Position numbers and translations under genes: made by a program
NCBI GenBank assembly: GCA_964016885.1
Contig: OZ024745.1
Span: forward strand, 1,612,001-1,676,000
Length of the DNA stretch: 64,000 nucleotides
Direction: 5' to 3'
From: Eledone cirrhosa
Taxonomy: Eukaryota
In this document: in pieces, positions 47,481-59,900 of the stretch
How positions within the stretch are numbered: the stretch's first letter is position 1
Layout of the letters: every line of letters starts with the position of its first letter
The notes under the pieces: model-generated
Told to the model about the DNA's origin: nothing
The model's database searches: none
What the model saw: the letters and a program-made list of their open reading frames with translations, nothing else

Positions 47481-47734
47481 GCGTGTGGCTTAGTAATTAG
47501 AGCGTTGGGCTTGTAATCGTAAGGTTGTGAGTTCGATTCTCAGACCAGGAGAAGCGTTGTAACTTTGAACAAGACACTCTATTTCACGTTACTCCAGTTT
47601 ACTGAGCTGTAGAAATGAGTCATGAGAGACTAGTATACATGGTCTTTCAAAAACAACCTTGTCCGGACTTGTACCTTGGAGGGGAACTTTCTAGGTGCAA
47701 ATCCCATGGTCATTTGTGACCGAAGGGGGTGTTT
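47481..47734 (+). mobile_element. tRNA-derived SINE with CORE-like central domain, internally deleted copy
   Basis: A-box-like TGGCTTAGTAA (47486-47496) and B box GTTCGATTC (47531-47539) at tRNA spacing. Then TTTGAACAAGACACTCTATTTCACGTTACTCCAGTTTACTGAGCTGTAGAAATG, which resembles the CORE domain of MIR-type CORE-SINEs (CTTGGGCAAG...CAGTTTCCTCATCTGTAAAATG, recalled). A homologous copy lies inverted at 48077-48338. Ends approximate. Confidence 0.85.
47486..47539 (+). promoter_or_regulatory. Pol III internal (type 2) promoter of the SINE: decayed A box, intact B box
   Basis: TGGCTTAGTAA versus consensus TRGCNNAGYGG; GTTCGATTC matches GTTCRANNC. Confidence 0.7.
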
Positions 47735-47959
47735 GGTCTTTATCCATGGCATCTATACGATTCATTGAATCGGAGATACGAGGAATGTGTAGATATGAAT
47801 GGAAACACATACGAAGATCGTAGTTGTAGCCACCCTCAATACAGATACCCACATCTGCAATCTTATTATCTGACTTCATAGATTTACATTTGTTATCAAC
47901 CTATATCCTTCCATGCCCCCCACCAACAACATAGTTTCATTTGTTTCTATCTACATTTG

Positions 47960-47963
<4 letters not shown>

Positions 47964-48043
<80 letters not shown>
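47964..48043. repeat. Compound microsatellite (TC)n(TA)n
   Basis: About 20 TC units directly followed by about 20 TA units. Confidence 0.98.
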
Positions 48044-48045
<2 letters not shown>

Positions 48046-48076
48046 TTGGGTGAGAATGTGAGATCATTGTCGTAGG

Positions 48077-48338
48077 TCCCCATCAGTCAATAACGGCCAA
48101 GGTTTCCCACCTAGAAAGTTCCCCCTCAGAGGCACAAATCCAGGCAGGTTGTTTGTGGAAGACCAGTAGTCACCCATATGTACCAGTCTCCCCCCCCCAT
48201 GTCACCGATGTTGTCCAAGTGAAAGGCAATGGCCGATACAGCTTGGCACCAGTGACGTCGCAACATTTCTACAGCTGAGTAAACTGGAGCAATGTGAAAT
48301 AAAGTGTCTTGCTCAAGGACACAACGTACCATCCGGTC
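48077..48338 (-). mobile_element. Second copy of the same SINE family, 5'-truncated (no tRNA head)
   Basis: Reverse complement reads CGTTGTGTCCTTGAGCAAGACACTTTATTTCACATTGCTCCAGTTTACTCAGCTGTAGAAATG...GGTCTTCCACAAACAACCTGCCTGGATTTGTGCCTCTGAGGGGGAACTTTCTAGGTG, colinear with 47556-47697. It carries roughly 70 bp extra after GTAGAAATG. Confidence 0.88.
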
Positions 48339-48361
48339 CTATACCCCGCTCCTTGACATGT

Positions 48362-48438
48362 TATATATATATATATATACAGAGTGAAGGGGAGAGAGAG
48401 GGAGAGAGGTAGAGAAGGGGAGAGCGAGAGAGAGAGAG
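48362..48438. repeat. (TA)n followed by degenerate (GA)n purine tract
   Basis: Read directly. Confidence 0.9.
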
Positions 48439-48473
48439 TTAAGTGTTATTACCATTATCACCAAGGATTGACT

Positions 48474-48974
48474 TGGTGGTGGTGGTGGTGATACTCCACT
48501 CCCAGCACCACCACCAACACTATTACCTCCACTACCACCACTACCACTACCACCACACTACCACCACCACCACTATTACCTCCACTACCACAACCATTAC
48601 CACCACCACCACTACCACCACCACCACCACCACCACCACCACTACCACCACCACCCCACCACCACCACCATCAGCACTACCACTACCACCACCACCACCA
48701 CCACCACTACCACCACCACCACCACCGCCACAACCACCACTACCACCCCACCACTACCACCACCACCACAACCATCACCATCACCACCACCACCACCACT
48801 ACCACCACCACCACCACCACGACCACCACCAATTACCCCCCCCCCCTCACCACCACTATCACCACCACCACCACCACCACTACCACTACCCCCCCCAACC
48901 ATCACCATCACCACTACCCCCCCCCCACTATCCCCCCCACACACACACCACCACCACCACCACCACCACCACCA
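48474..48974. repeat. Degenerate (CCA/CAC/CTA)n trinucleotide low-complexity tract, preceded by a short inverted (GGT)n run
   Basis: About 470 bp of CACCAC/CTACCAC with poly-C interruptions; TGGTGGTGGTGGTGGTG at 48474-48490. Source of the poly-T/P/H and poly-G/V/W ORFs. Confidence 0.95.
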
Positions 48975-49183
48975 AACGACAAAACACGTACAAAAAGTCT
49001 TAAACACAGACATTTCGTCTTGATACCAGCTTGTGATCATCTCACCTTCTTACATTATTGATGACAAGAGTTATCGCCTCCTGGGTCGGCATTACTTCAC
49101 CTCGGAATCAAATTAAACTGTTGAGTGCTGCATGTGGTTTTGTCCGTATTAACTGCAATTTTATAAGCCGATACATACATACA

Positions 49184-49427
49184 TTTTTTTTAAAGTGAGG
49201 AAAGACTGTGCACTGAGCCAATCCCACTCTCTGAGAGACAGTAGCTTTAACCTGAAAAGAAGAAACATCATCGGTAACTACTGAGCCCCGGGTTTTATGT
49301 CGGAGTTATCCCAGTTTCCTGAGTTATCTTCTAGAAGAATGCCCTGACAAAGACTAGGGGTCCTTCACTCCCAGTGGTTTAACCGCGCGATCGGGTATCC
49401 AGCCCGACTATTTCTATGTCCCTGCGC
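49184..49427 (-). mobile_element. Interspersed-repeat fragment, homologous to 49727-49912; possibly related to an RTE-clade LINE 5' region
   Basis: TTTTAAAGTGAGGAAAGACTGTGCACTGAGCCAATCCCACTCTCT aligns with TTTTATAGTGAGCAAAGGCACTGCACAAAGCCAGTCCCATTCTCT (49727), and CTAGAAGAATGCCCTGACAAAGACTAGGGG with CTAGAATTCTGCCTTGACAAAGGCTAAGGAG (about 49863). Flanked by TACA repeats. Strand and family are inferred. Confidence 0.6.
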
Positions 49428-49546
49428 ATATACATACACATATATACATACATATGTACATATGTATAGACATATTTACACATTTTTGGATGGCCGTTGA
49501 CTCTTATGTGTTCTTCCGCCCATACATACACACATACATACATACA

Positions 49547-50103
49547 TGGTGGCTGCCAACTCGTTTTCGAGTACGGCCACCACTCTATATCTATGTAGGA
49601 GAACCCCTACCGATGCGCTGAACAAGTGTGACTTTTTAGTATTGACACAGTGCTGGGCCTATGGTACCATGTGACGACAAGTGCAGAGAGATCTCCAGAT
49701 ATAAAGCAATGCCTGTGCCGTGAAGCTTTTATAGTGAGCAAAGGCACTGCACAAAGCCAGTCCCATTCTCTTAACCAAGATGATATTTACCAAAAAGAAG
49801 AACAAGTCAAAATCATTGGATACCATCAGGGTTGCAGGTGTTATATCAGAGTTTTCCTTCTCCTAGAATTCTGCCTTGACAAAGGCTAAGGAGTTATCTC
49901 TCCCGGTGATTTTGGATTGCCATTGATTCTTAAGGGCTCCTTTGCCCTTTGACAGGTTTTGTTTTTAGTCCTGCAGGATGTCCAAAGTCACCCTCCTTAC
50001 CAAGAAACCTTGGTGGGGTTGCCAGTTTAGTCGCCAACGACCCGACCATGAGACAGGTTGTACTGGGATACATGTTACCAGTAGCACCAACTGGTGACCT
50101 GAC
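49547..50103 (-). mobile_element. About 555-bp non-coding interspersed element between (TACA)n tracts; RTE-related SINE-like element or LINE 5'UTR (tentative)
   Basis: The minus strand contains CTAGGAGAAGGAAAACTCTGA, a motif I recall from 5' regions of RTE-clade elements (not verified). It has a local diverged paralogue at 49184-49427 and sharp microsatellite boundaries on both sides. Confidence 0.5.
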
Positions 50104-50208
50104 ATACATACATACATACATACATACATACATACATACATACATACATACATACATACATACATACACTTGTGCATACATACATACATACATACATACA
50201 TACATACA

Positions 50209-50237
<29 letters not shown>
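50103..50237. repeat. (TACA)n microsatellite with one short interruption at about 50168-50175
   Basis: Read directly; shorter TACA runs at 49171-49183, 49428-49482 and 49521-49546. Confidence 0.98.
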
Positions 50238-50239
<2 letters not shown>

Positions 50240-50262
50240 TTCCCCCCACTCGCAGGATCACC

Positions 50263-50317
50263 AGTTTTGTCTGATGATCCTGCGAGTGGACAGGTGGAAC
50301 TCAAGAGTAACAAAACT
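50263..50317 (+). ncRNA. Degenerate type I hammerhead ribozyme motif (minimal stem III, Penelope-like element type)
   Basis: Stem I AGTTTTGT(50263-70)/ACAAAACT(50310-17); core CTGATGA(50271-77); stem II CCTG(50279-82)/CAGG(50291-94); GGAA in place of GAAA (50296-99); stem III ACTC-AA-GAGT(50299-308); unpaired A50309 giving a GUA cleavage triplet. Deviations: A13G and a U.U pair closing stem II. Confidence 0.7.
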
Positions 50318-50733
50318 TACTACTTAAATGATTATTTAAACTCTACTTCGGTATTGAGTACTCTTTTCTCCCGTATAAATGGTGGAGATGTAACAGTTTG
50401 TTTAGTACTGGTTTATTACGATTAACAAGTCTCATTAGATGTATAGGCTGACAGAAAGATGGATAGATCGATAGATAGATCAATTGACAGGAAACTGAAC
50501 ATTTACTTGCTTCGGCCTATACCGTGATGACGGGATTAGTCGTTACTAATAATGATTGTGGAAAGAAGTTTAGAAGATTATAAGAAGGATATAAAGCAAG
50601 TGATAGTTAATATAAACAATGAAGTGTTCATGCCCTGAGATGCTATAAAAGGGGTCATAGAATAAGGTGAAGACCCTTAGAGACGGAAAAAGAAGTTGTC
50701 ATTGGCCGCTATGAGGATTTGAAGACTAAAGAA

Positions 50734-50892
50734 AATATATATGTATGTATGCATGTACGTATGTATGTATGCATGTACGTTTGTATGTATATGTTTGTAT
50801 GTATGTACAAATGTATGCGTTCGTTTGTTTGAGAGGGTCGGTAAGCAAGAGTGTTTGGTTATGAGTATGTATGTTTATGTCTATATGGATAT
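50734..50892. repeat. Degenerate (TATG)n microsatellite
   Basis: ATGTATGTATGCATGTAC... on the + strand, opposite orientation to the (TACA)n at 50103-50237; interrupted at about 50820-50860. Confidence 0.85.
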
Positions 50893-50928
50893 GTCTTCCT
50901 CACTTCTCGGACTCGAACGGGATTCACC

Positions 50929-53900
50929 CAGACCACACCACCCAGGACACTGACAGACGACACCAACCAGGACACTGAGAGACCACACCAACCAGGACAC
51001 TGACAGACCACACCACCCAGGACACTGACAGACCACACCACCCAGGACACTGACAGACCACACCACCCAGGACACTGACAGACCACACCACCCAGGACAC
51101 TGACAGACCACACCACCCAGGACACTGACAGACCACACCAACTAGGACACTGACAGACCACACCAACCAGGACACTGACAGACCTCACCACCCAGGACAC
51201 TGACAGACCACACCAAGCAGGACACTGACAGACCACACCACCCAGGACACTGACAGACCACACCACCCAGGACACTGACAGACCACACCACCCAGGACAC
51301 TGACAGACCACACCAACCAGGACACTGACAGACCACACCACCCAGGACACTGACAGACCACACCACCCAGGACACTGACAGACCACACCACCCAGGACAC
51401 TGACAGACCACACCACCCAGGACACTGACAGACGACACCACACAGGACACTGACAGACCACACCAACCAGGACACTGACAGACCACACCAACCAGGACAC
51501 TGACAGACCACACCACACAGGACACTGACAGAACACACCAACCAGGACACTGACAGACCACACCACCCAGGACACTGACAGACCACACCACCCAGGACAC
51601 TGACAGACCACACCAACCAGGACACTGACAGACCACACCAACCAGGACACTGACAGACCACACCACCCAGGACACTGACAGACGACACCACCCAGGACAT
51701 TGACAGACCACACCACCCAGGACACTGACAGACCACACCAACCAGGACACTGACAGACCACACCAACCAGGACACTGACAGACGACACCACCCAGGACAC
51801 TGACAGACGACACCACCCAGGACACTGACAGACCACACCAACCAGGACACTGACAGACCACACCAACCAGGACACTGACAGACGACACCACCCAGGACAC
51901 TGACAGACGACACCACCCAGGACACTGACAGACCACACCACCCAGGACACTGACAGACCACACCAACCAGGACACTGACAGACCACACCAACCAGGACAC
52001 TGACAGACGACACCACCCAGGACACTGACAGACGACACCAACCAGGACACTGACAGACCACACCAACCAGGACACTGACAGACCACACCACCCAGGACAC
52101 TGACAGACGACACCACCCAGGACACTGACAGACCACACCACCCAGGACACTGACAGACGACACCACCAAGGACACTGACAGACCACACCAACCAGGACAC
52201 TGACAGACGACACCACCCAGGACACTGACAGAACACACCAACCAGGACACTGACAGACCACACCACCCAGGATACTGACAGACCACACCACCCAGGACAC
52301 TGACAGACCACACCAACCAGGACACTGACAGACCACACCACCCAGGACACTGACAGACCACACCACGCAGGACACTGACAGACCACACCAACCAGGACAC
52401 TGACAGACCACACCACCCAGGACACTGACAGACCACACCAACCAGGACACTGACAGACCACACCACCCAGGACACTGACAGACCACACCAACCAGGACAC
52501 TGACAGACCACACCACCCAGGACACTGACAGACGACACCAACCAGGACACTGACAGACCACACCACCCAGGACACTGACAGACCACACCACCCAGGACAC
52601 TGACAGACCACACCACCCAGGACACTGACAGACGACACCATCCAGGACACTGACAGACGACACCACCCAGGACACTGACAGACGACACCACCCAGGACAC
52701 TGAAAGACCACACCACCCAGGACACTGACAGACCACACCACCCAGGACACTGACAGACCACACCACCCAGGACACTGACAGACCACACCACCCAGGACAC
52801 TGACAGACGACACCACCCAGGAAACTGACAGACCACACCACCCAGGATACTGACAGACCACACCACCCAGGACACTGACAGACGACACCACCCAGGACAC
52901 TGACAGACGACACCACCCAGGACACAGACAGACGACACCACCCAGGACACTGACAGACCACACCACCCAGGACACTGACAGACCACACCAACCAGGACAC
53001 TGATAGACCACACCACCCAGGACACTGACAGACCACACCACCCAGGACACTGACAGACGACACCACCCAGGACACTGACAGACCACACCACCCAGGACAC
53101 TGACAGACCACACCACCCAGGACACTGACAGACCACACCACCCAGGACACTGACAGACCACACCAACCAGGACACTGACAGACCACACCAACCAGGACAC
53201 TGACAGACCACACCACCCAGGACACTGACAGACCACACCACCCAGGACACTGACAGACGAAACCACCCAGGACACTGACAGACCACACCACCCAGGACAC
53301 TGACAGACGACACCACCCAGGACACTGACAGACCACACCAACCAGGACACTGACAGACCACACCAACCAGGACACTGACAGACCACACCACCCAGGACAC
53401 TGACAGACCACACCACCCAGGACACTGACAGACGAAACCACCCAGGACACTGACAGACCACACCACCCAGGACACTGACAGACCACACCACCCAGGACAC
53501 TGACAGAACACACCACCCAGGACACTGACAGACCACACCACCCAGGACACTGACAGACCACACCAACCAGGACACTGACAGACCACACCACCCAGGACAC
53601 TGACAGACCACACCACCCAGGACACTGACAGACCACACCAACCAGGACACTGACAGACCACACCACCCAGGACACTGACAGACCACACCACCCAGGACAC
53701 TGACAGACCACACCACCCAGGACACTGACAGAACACACCACCCAGGACACTGACAGACCACACCACCCAGGACACTGACAGACCACACCAACCAGGACAC
53801 TGACAGACCACACCAACCAGGACACTGACAGACCACACCACCCAGGACACTGACAGACCACACCACCCAGGACACTGACAGACCACACCACCCAGGACAC

Positions 53901-56900
53901 TGACAGACGAAACCACCCAGGACACTGACAGACCACACCACCCAGGACACTGACAGACCACACCACCCAGGACACTGACAGACCACACCACCCAGGACAC
54001 TGACAGACGACACCACCCAGGACGCTGACAGACCACACCACTCAGGACACTGACAGACCACACCACCCAGGACACTGACAGACGACACCACCCAGGACAC
54101 TGACAGACGACACCACCCAGGACACAGACAGACGACACCACCCAGGATACTGACAGACCACACCACCCAGGACACTGACAGACCACACCAACCAGGACAC
54201 TGACAGACCACACCACCCAGGACACTGACAGAACACACCACCCAGGACACTGACAGACCACACCACCCAGGACACTGACAGACCACACCAACCAGGACAC
54301 TGACAGACCACACCAACCAGGACACTGACAGACCACACCACCCAGGACACTGACAGACCACACCACCCAGGACACTGACAGACGAAACCACCCAGGACAC
54401 TGACAGACCACACCACCCAGGACACTGACAGACGACACCACCCAGGACACTGACAGACCACACCAACCAGGACACTGACAGACGACACCACCCAGGACAC
54501 TGACAGACCACACCACCCAGGACACTGACAGACCACACCACCCAGGACACTGACAGACGACACCACCCAGGACACTGACAGACGACACCACCCAGGACAC
54601 AGACAGACGACACCACCCAGGATACTGACAGACCACACCACCCAGGACACTGACAGACCACACCAACCAGGACACTGACAGACCACACCAACCAGGACAC
54701 TGACAGACCACACCAACCAGGACACTGACAGACCACACCACCCAGGACACTGACAGACGACACCACCCAGGACACTGACAGACCACACCACCCAGGACAC
54801 TGACAGACCACACCACCCAGGACACTGACAGACCACACCACCCAGGACACTGACAGACCACACCAACCAGGACACTGACAGACCACACCAACCAGGACAC
54901 TGACAGACCACACCACCCAGGACACTGACAGACCACACCACCCAGGACACTGACAGACGAAACCACCCAGGACACTGACAGACCACACGACCCAGGACAC
55001 TGACAGACGACACCACCCAGGACACTGACAGACCACACCACCCAGGACACTGACAGACGACACCACCCAGGACACTGACAGACGACACACCCAGGACACT
55101 GACAGACCACACCACCCAGGACACTGACAGACCACACCACCCAGGACACTGACAGACGAAACCACCCAGGACACTGACAGACCACACCACCCAGGACACT
55201 GACAGACCACACCAACCAGGACACTGACAGACCACACCAACCAGGACACTGACAGACCACACCACCCAGGACACTGACAGACCACACCACCCAGGACACT
55301 GACAGACGAAACCACCCAGGACACTGACAGACCACACCACCCAGGACACTGACAGACGACACCACCCAGGACACTGACAGACCACACCAACCAGGACACT
55401 GACAGACGACACCACCCAGGACACTGACAGACCACACCACCCAGGACACTGACAGACCACACCACCCAGGACACTGACAGACGACACCACCCAGGACACT
55501 GACAGACGACACCACCCAGGACACAGACAGACGACACCACTCAGGATACTGACAGACCACACCACCCAGGACATTGACAGACCACACCAACCAGGACACT
55601 GACAGACCACACCACCCAGGACACTGACAGAACACACCACCCAGGACACTGACAGACCACACCACCCAGGACACTGACAGACCACACCAACCAGGACACT
55701 GACAGACCACACCAACCAGGACACTGACAGACCACACCACCCAGGACACTGACAGACCACACCACCCAGGACACTGACAGACGAAACCACCCAGGACACT
55801 GACAGACCACACCACCCAGGACACTGACAGACGACACCACCCAGGACACTGACAGACCACACCACCCAGGACACTGACAGACCACACCACCCAGGACACT
55901 GACAGACCACACCACCCAGGACACTGACAGACGACACCAACCAGGACACTGACAGACGACACCACCCAGGACACTGACAGACCACACCACCCAGGACACT
56001 GACAGACCACACCACCCAGGACACTGACAGACGACACCACCCAGGACACTGACAGACCACACCACCCAGGACACTGACAGACGACACCACCCAGGACACT
56101 GACAGACCACACCACCCAGGACACTGACAGACCACACCACCCAGGACACTGACAGACCACACCACCCAGGACACTGACAGACCACACCAACCAGGACACT
56201 GACAGACCACACCACCCAGGACTCTGACAGACCACACCAACCAGGATACTGACAGACCACACCACCCAGGACACTGACAGACCACACCACCCAGGACACT
56301 GACAGACGACACCACCCAGGATACTGACAGACCACACCACCCAGGACACTGACAGACCACACCACCCAGGACACTGACAGACGACACCACCCAGGACACT
56401 GACAGACGACACCACCCAGGACACTGACAGACGACACCACCCAGGACACTGACAGACCACACCACCCAGGACACAGACAGACGACACAACCCAGGATACT
56501 GACAGACCACACCACCCAGGACACTGACAGACCACACCACCCAGGACACTGACAGACCACACCACCCAGGACACTGACAGACCACACCAACCAGGACACT
56601 GACAGACGACACCACCCAGGACACTGACAGACGACACCACCCAGGATACTGACAGACCACACCACCCAGGACACTGACAGACCACACCACCCAGGACACT
56701 GACAGACGACACCAACCAGGACACTGACAGACCACACCACCCAGGACACTGACAGACCACACCACCCAGGACACTGACAGACCACACCACCCAGGACACT
56801 GACAGACGACACCACCCAGGACACTGACAGACGACACCACCCAGGACACTCATAGACCACACCACCCAGGACACTGACAGACCACACCACCCAGGACACT

Positions 56901-59900
56901 GACAGACCACACCACCCAGGACACTGACAGACCACACCACCCAGGACACTGACAGACGACACCACCCAGGACACTGACAGACGACACCACCCAGGACACT
57001 GACAGACCACACCACCCAGGAGACTGACAGACCACACCACCCAGGACACTGACAGACGACACCACCCAGGACACTGACAGACCACACCACCCAGGACACT
57101 GACAGACCACACCACCCAGGACACTGACAGACCACACCACCCAGGACACTGACAGACCACACCACCCAGGACACTGACAGACCACACCACCCAGGACACT
57201 GACAGACCACACCACCCAGGATACTGACAGACGACACCACCCAGGATACTGATAGACCACACCACCCAGGACACTGACAGACCACACCACCCAGGACACT
57301 GACAGACCACACCACCCAGGACACTGACAGACCACACCACCCAGGACACTGACAGACGACACCACCCAGGACACTGACAGACCACACCACCCAGGACACT
57401 GACAGACCACACCACCCAGGTCACTGACAGACGACACCACCCAGGACACTGACAGACGACACCACCCAGGACACTGACAGACCACACCACCCAGGACACT
57501 GACAGACCACACCAACCAGGACACTGACAGACGACACCACCCAGGACACTGACAGACCACACCACCCAGGACACTGACAGACCACACCACCCAGGACACT
57601 GAGAGACGACACCACCCAGGACACTGACAGACCACACCACCCAGGACACTGACAGACCACACCACCCAGGACACTGACAGACCAGACCACCCAGGACACT
57701 GACAGACCACACCACCCAGGACACTGACAGACCACACCACCCAGGACACTGACAGACCACACCACCCAGGACACTGACAGACGACACCACCCAGGACACT
57801 GACAGACCACACCACCCAGGACACTGACAGACCACACCACCCAGGACACTGACAGACGACACCACCCAGGACACTGACAGACGACACCACCCAGGACACT
57901 GACAGACCACACCACCCAGGACACTGACAGACCACACCAACCAGGACACTGACAGACGACACCACCCAGGACACTGACAGACCACACCACACAGGACACT
58001 GACAGACCACACCACCCAGGACACTGAGAGACGACACCACCCAGGACACTGACAGACCACACCACCCAGGACACTGACAGACCACACCACCCAGGACACT
58101 GACAGACCAGACCACCCAGGACACTGACAGACCACACCACCCAGGACACTGACAGACCACACCACCCAGGACACTGACAGACCACACCACCCAGGACACT
58201 GACAGACCACACCACCCAGGACACTGACAGACGACATCACCTAGGACACTGACAGACGACACCACCCAGGACACTGACAGACCACACCACCCAGGACACT
58301 GACAGACCACACCAACCAGGACACTGACAGACGACACCACCCAGGACACTGACAGACGACACCACCCAGGACACTGACAGACGACACCACCCAGGACACT
58401 GACAGACCACACCACCCAGGACACTGACAGACGACACCACCCAGGACTCTGACAGACGACACCACCCAGGACACTGACAGACCACACCACCCAGGACACT
58501 GACAGACCACACCACCCAGGACACTGACAGACGACACCACCCAGGACACTGTCAGACCACACCACCCAGGACACTGACAGACGACACCACCCAGGACACT
58601 GACAGACCACACCACCCAGGACACTGACAGACCACACCACCCAGGACACTGACAGACGACACCACCCAGGACACTGACAGACGACACCACCCAGGACACT
58701 GACAGACCACACCACCCAGGACACTGACAGACCACACCACCCAGGACACTGACAGACTACACCACCCAGGACACTGACAGACGATACCACCCAGGACACT
58801 GACAGACGACACCAACCAGGACACTGACAGACGACACCACCCAGGACACTGACAGACCACACCAACCAGGACACTGACGGACGACACCACCCAGGGCACT
58901 GACAGACCACACCACCCAGTACACTGACAGACCACACCACCCAGGACACTGACAGACGACACCACCCAGGACACTGACAGACCACACCACCCAGGACACT
59001 GACAGACGACACCACCCAGGACACTGACAGACGACACCACCCAGGACACTGACAGACCACACCACCCAGGACACTGACAGACGACACCACCCAGGACACT
59101 GACAGACCACACCACCCAGGACACTGACAGACCACACCACCAAGGACACTGACAGACCACACCACCCAGGATACTGACAGACCACACCACCCAGGACACT
59201 GACAGACCACACCACCAAGACACTGACAGACCACACCACCCAGGATACTGACAGACCACACCACCCAGGACACTGACAGACGACACCACCCAAGACACTG
59301 ATAGACCACACCACCCAGGACACTGAAAGACCACACCAACCAGGACACTGACAGACCACACCACCCAGGACACTGACAGACGACACCACTCAGGATACTG
59401 ACAGACGACACCACCCAGGACACTGACAGACGACACCACCCAGGACACTGACAGACCACACCACCCAGGACACTGACAGACGACACCACCCAGGACATTG
59501 ACAGACCACACCACCCAGGACACTGACAGACCACACCACCCAGGACACTGACAGACCACACCACCCAGGACACTGACAGACCACACCACCCAGGACACTG
59601 ACAGACGACACCACCCAGGACACTGACAGACGACACCACCCAGGACACTGACAGACCACACCACCCAGGACACTGACAGACGACACCACCCAGGACACTG
59701 ACAGACGACACCACCCAGGACACTGACAGACCACACCACCCAGGACACTGACAGACCACACCACCCAGGACACTGACAGACCACACCACCCAGGACACTG
59801 ACAGACGACACCACCCAGGACACTGACAGACGACACCACCCAGGACACTGACAGACCACACCACCCAGGACACTGACAGACGACACCACCCAGATCACTG

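Noticed and set aside
47481-47550. Functional tRNA gene
   Set aside because: Acceptor and anticodon stems do not pair and the sequence continues into a SINE body.
47758-47772. Palindrome CGATTCA-T-TGAATCG
   Set aside because: Isolated 7-bp dyad with no supporting context; could be chance.
47232-48332. Short 60-68 aa minus-strand ORFs
   Set aside because: They lie in AT-rich or SINE sequence with no recognisable protein features.
48443-49040. Poly-Thr/Pro/His and poly-Gly/Val/Trp ORFs
   Set aside because: Translations of a (CCA)n tract with frame drift; no domain or splice evidence.
49930-50953. YVCM/YIHT repeat ORFs
   Set aside because: Translations of (TACA)n and (TATG)n microsatellites.
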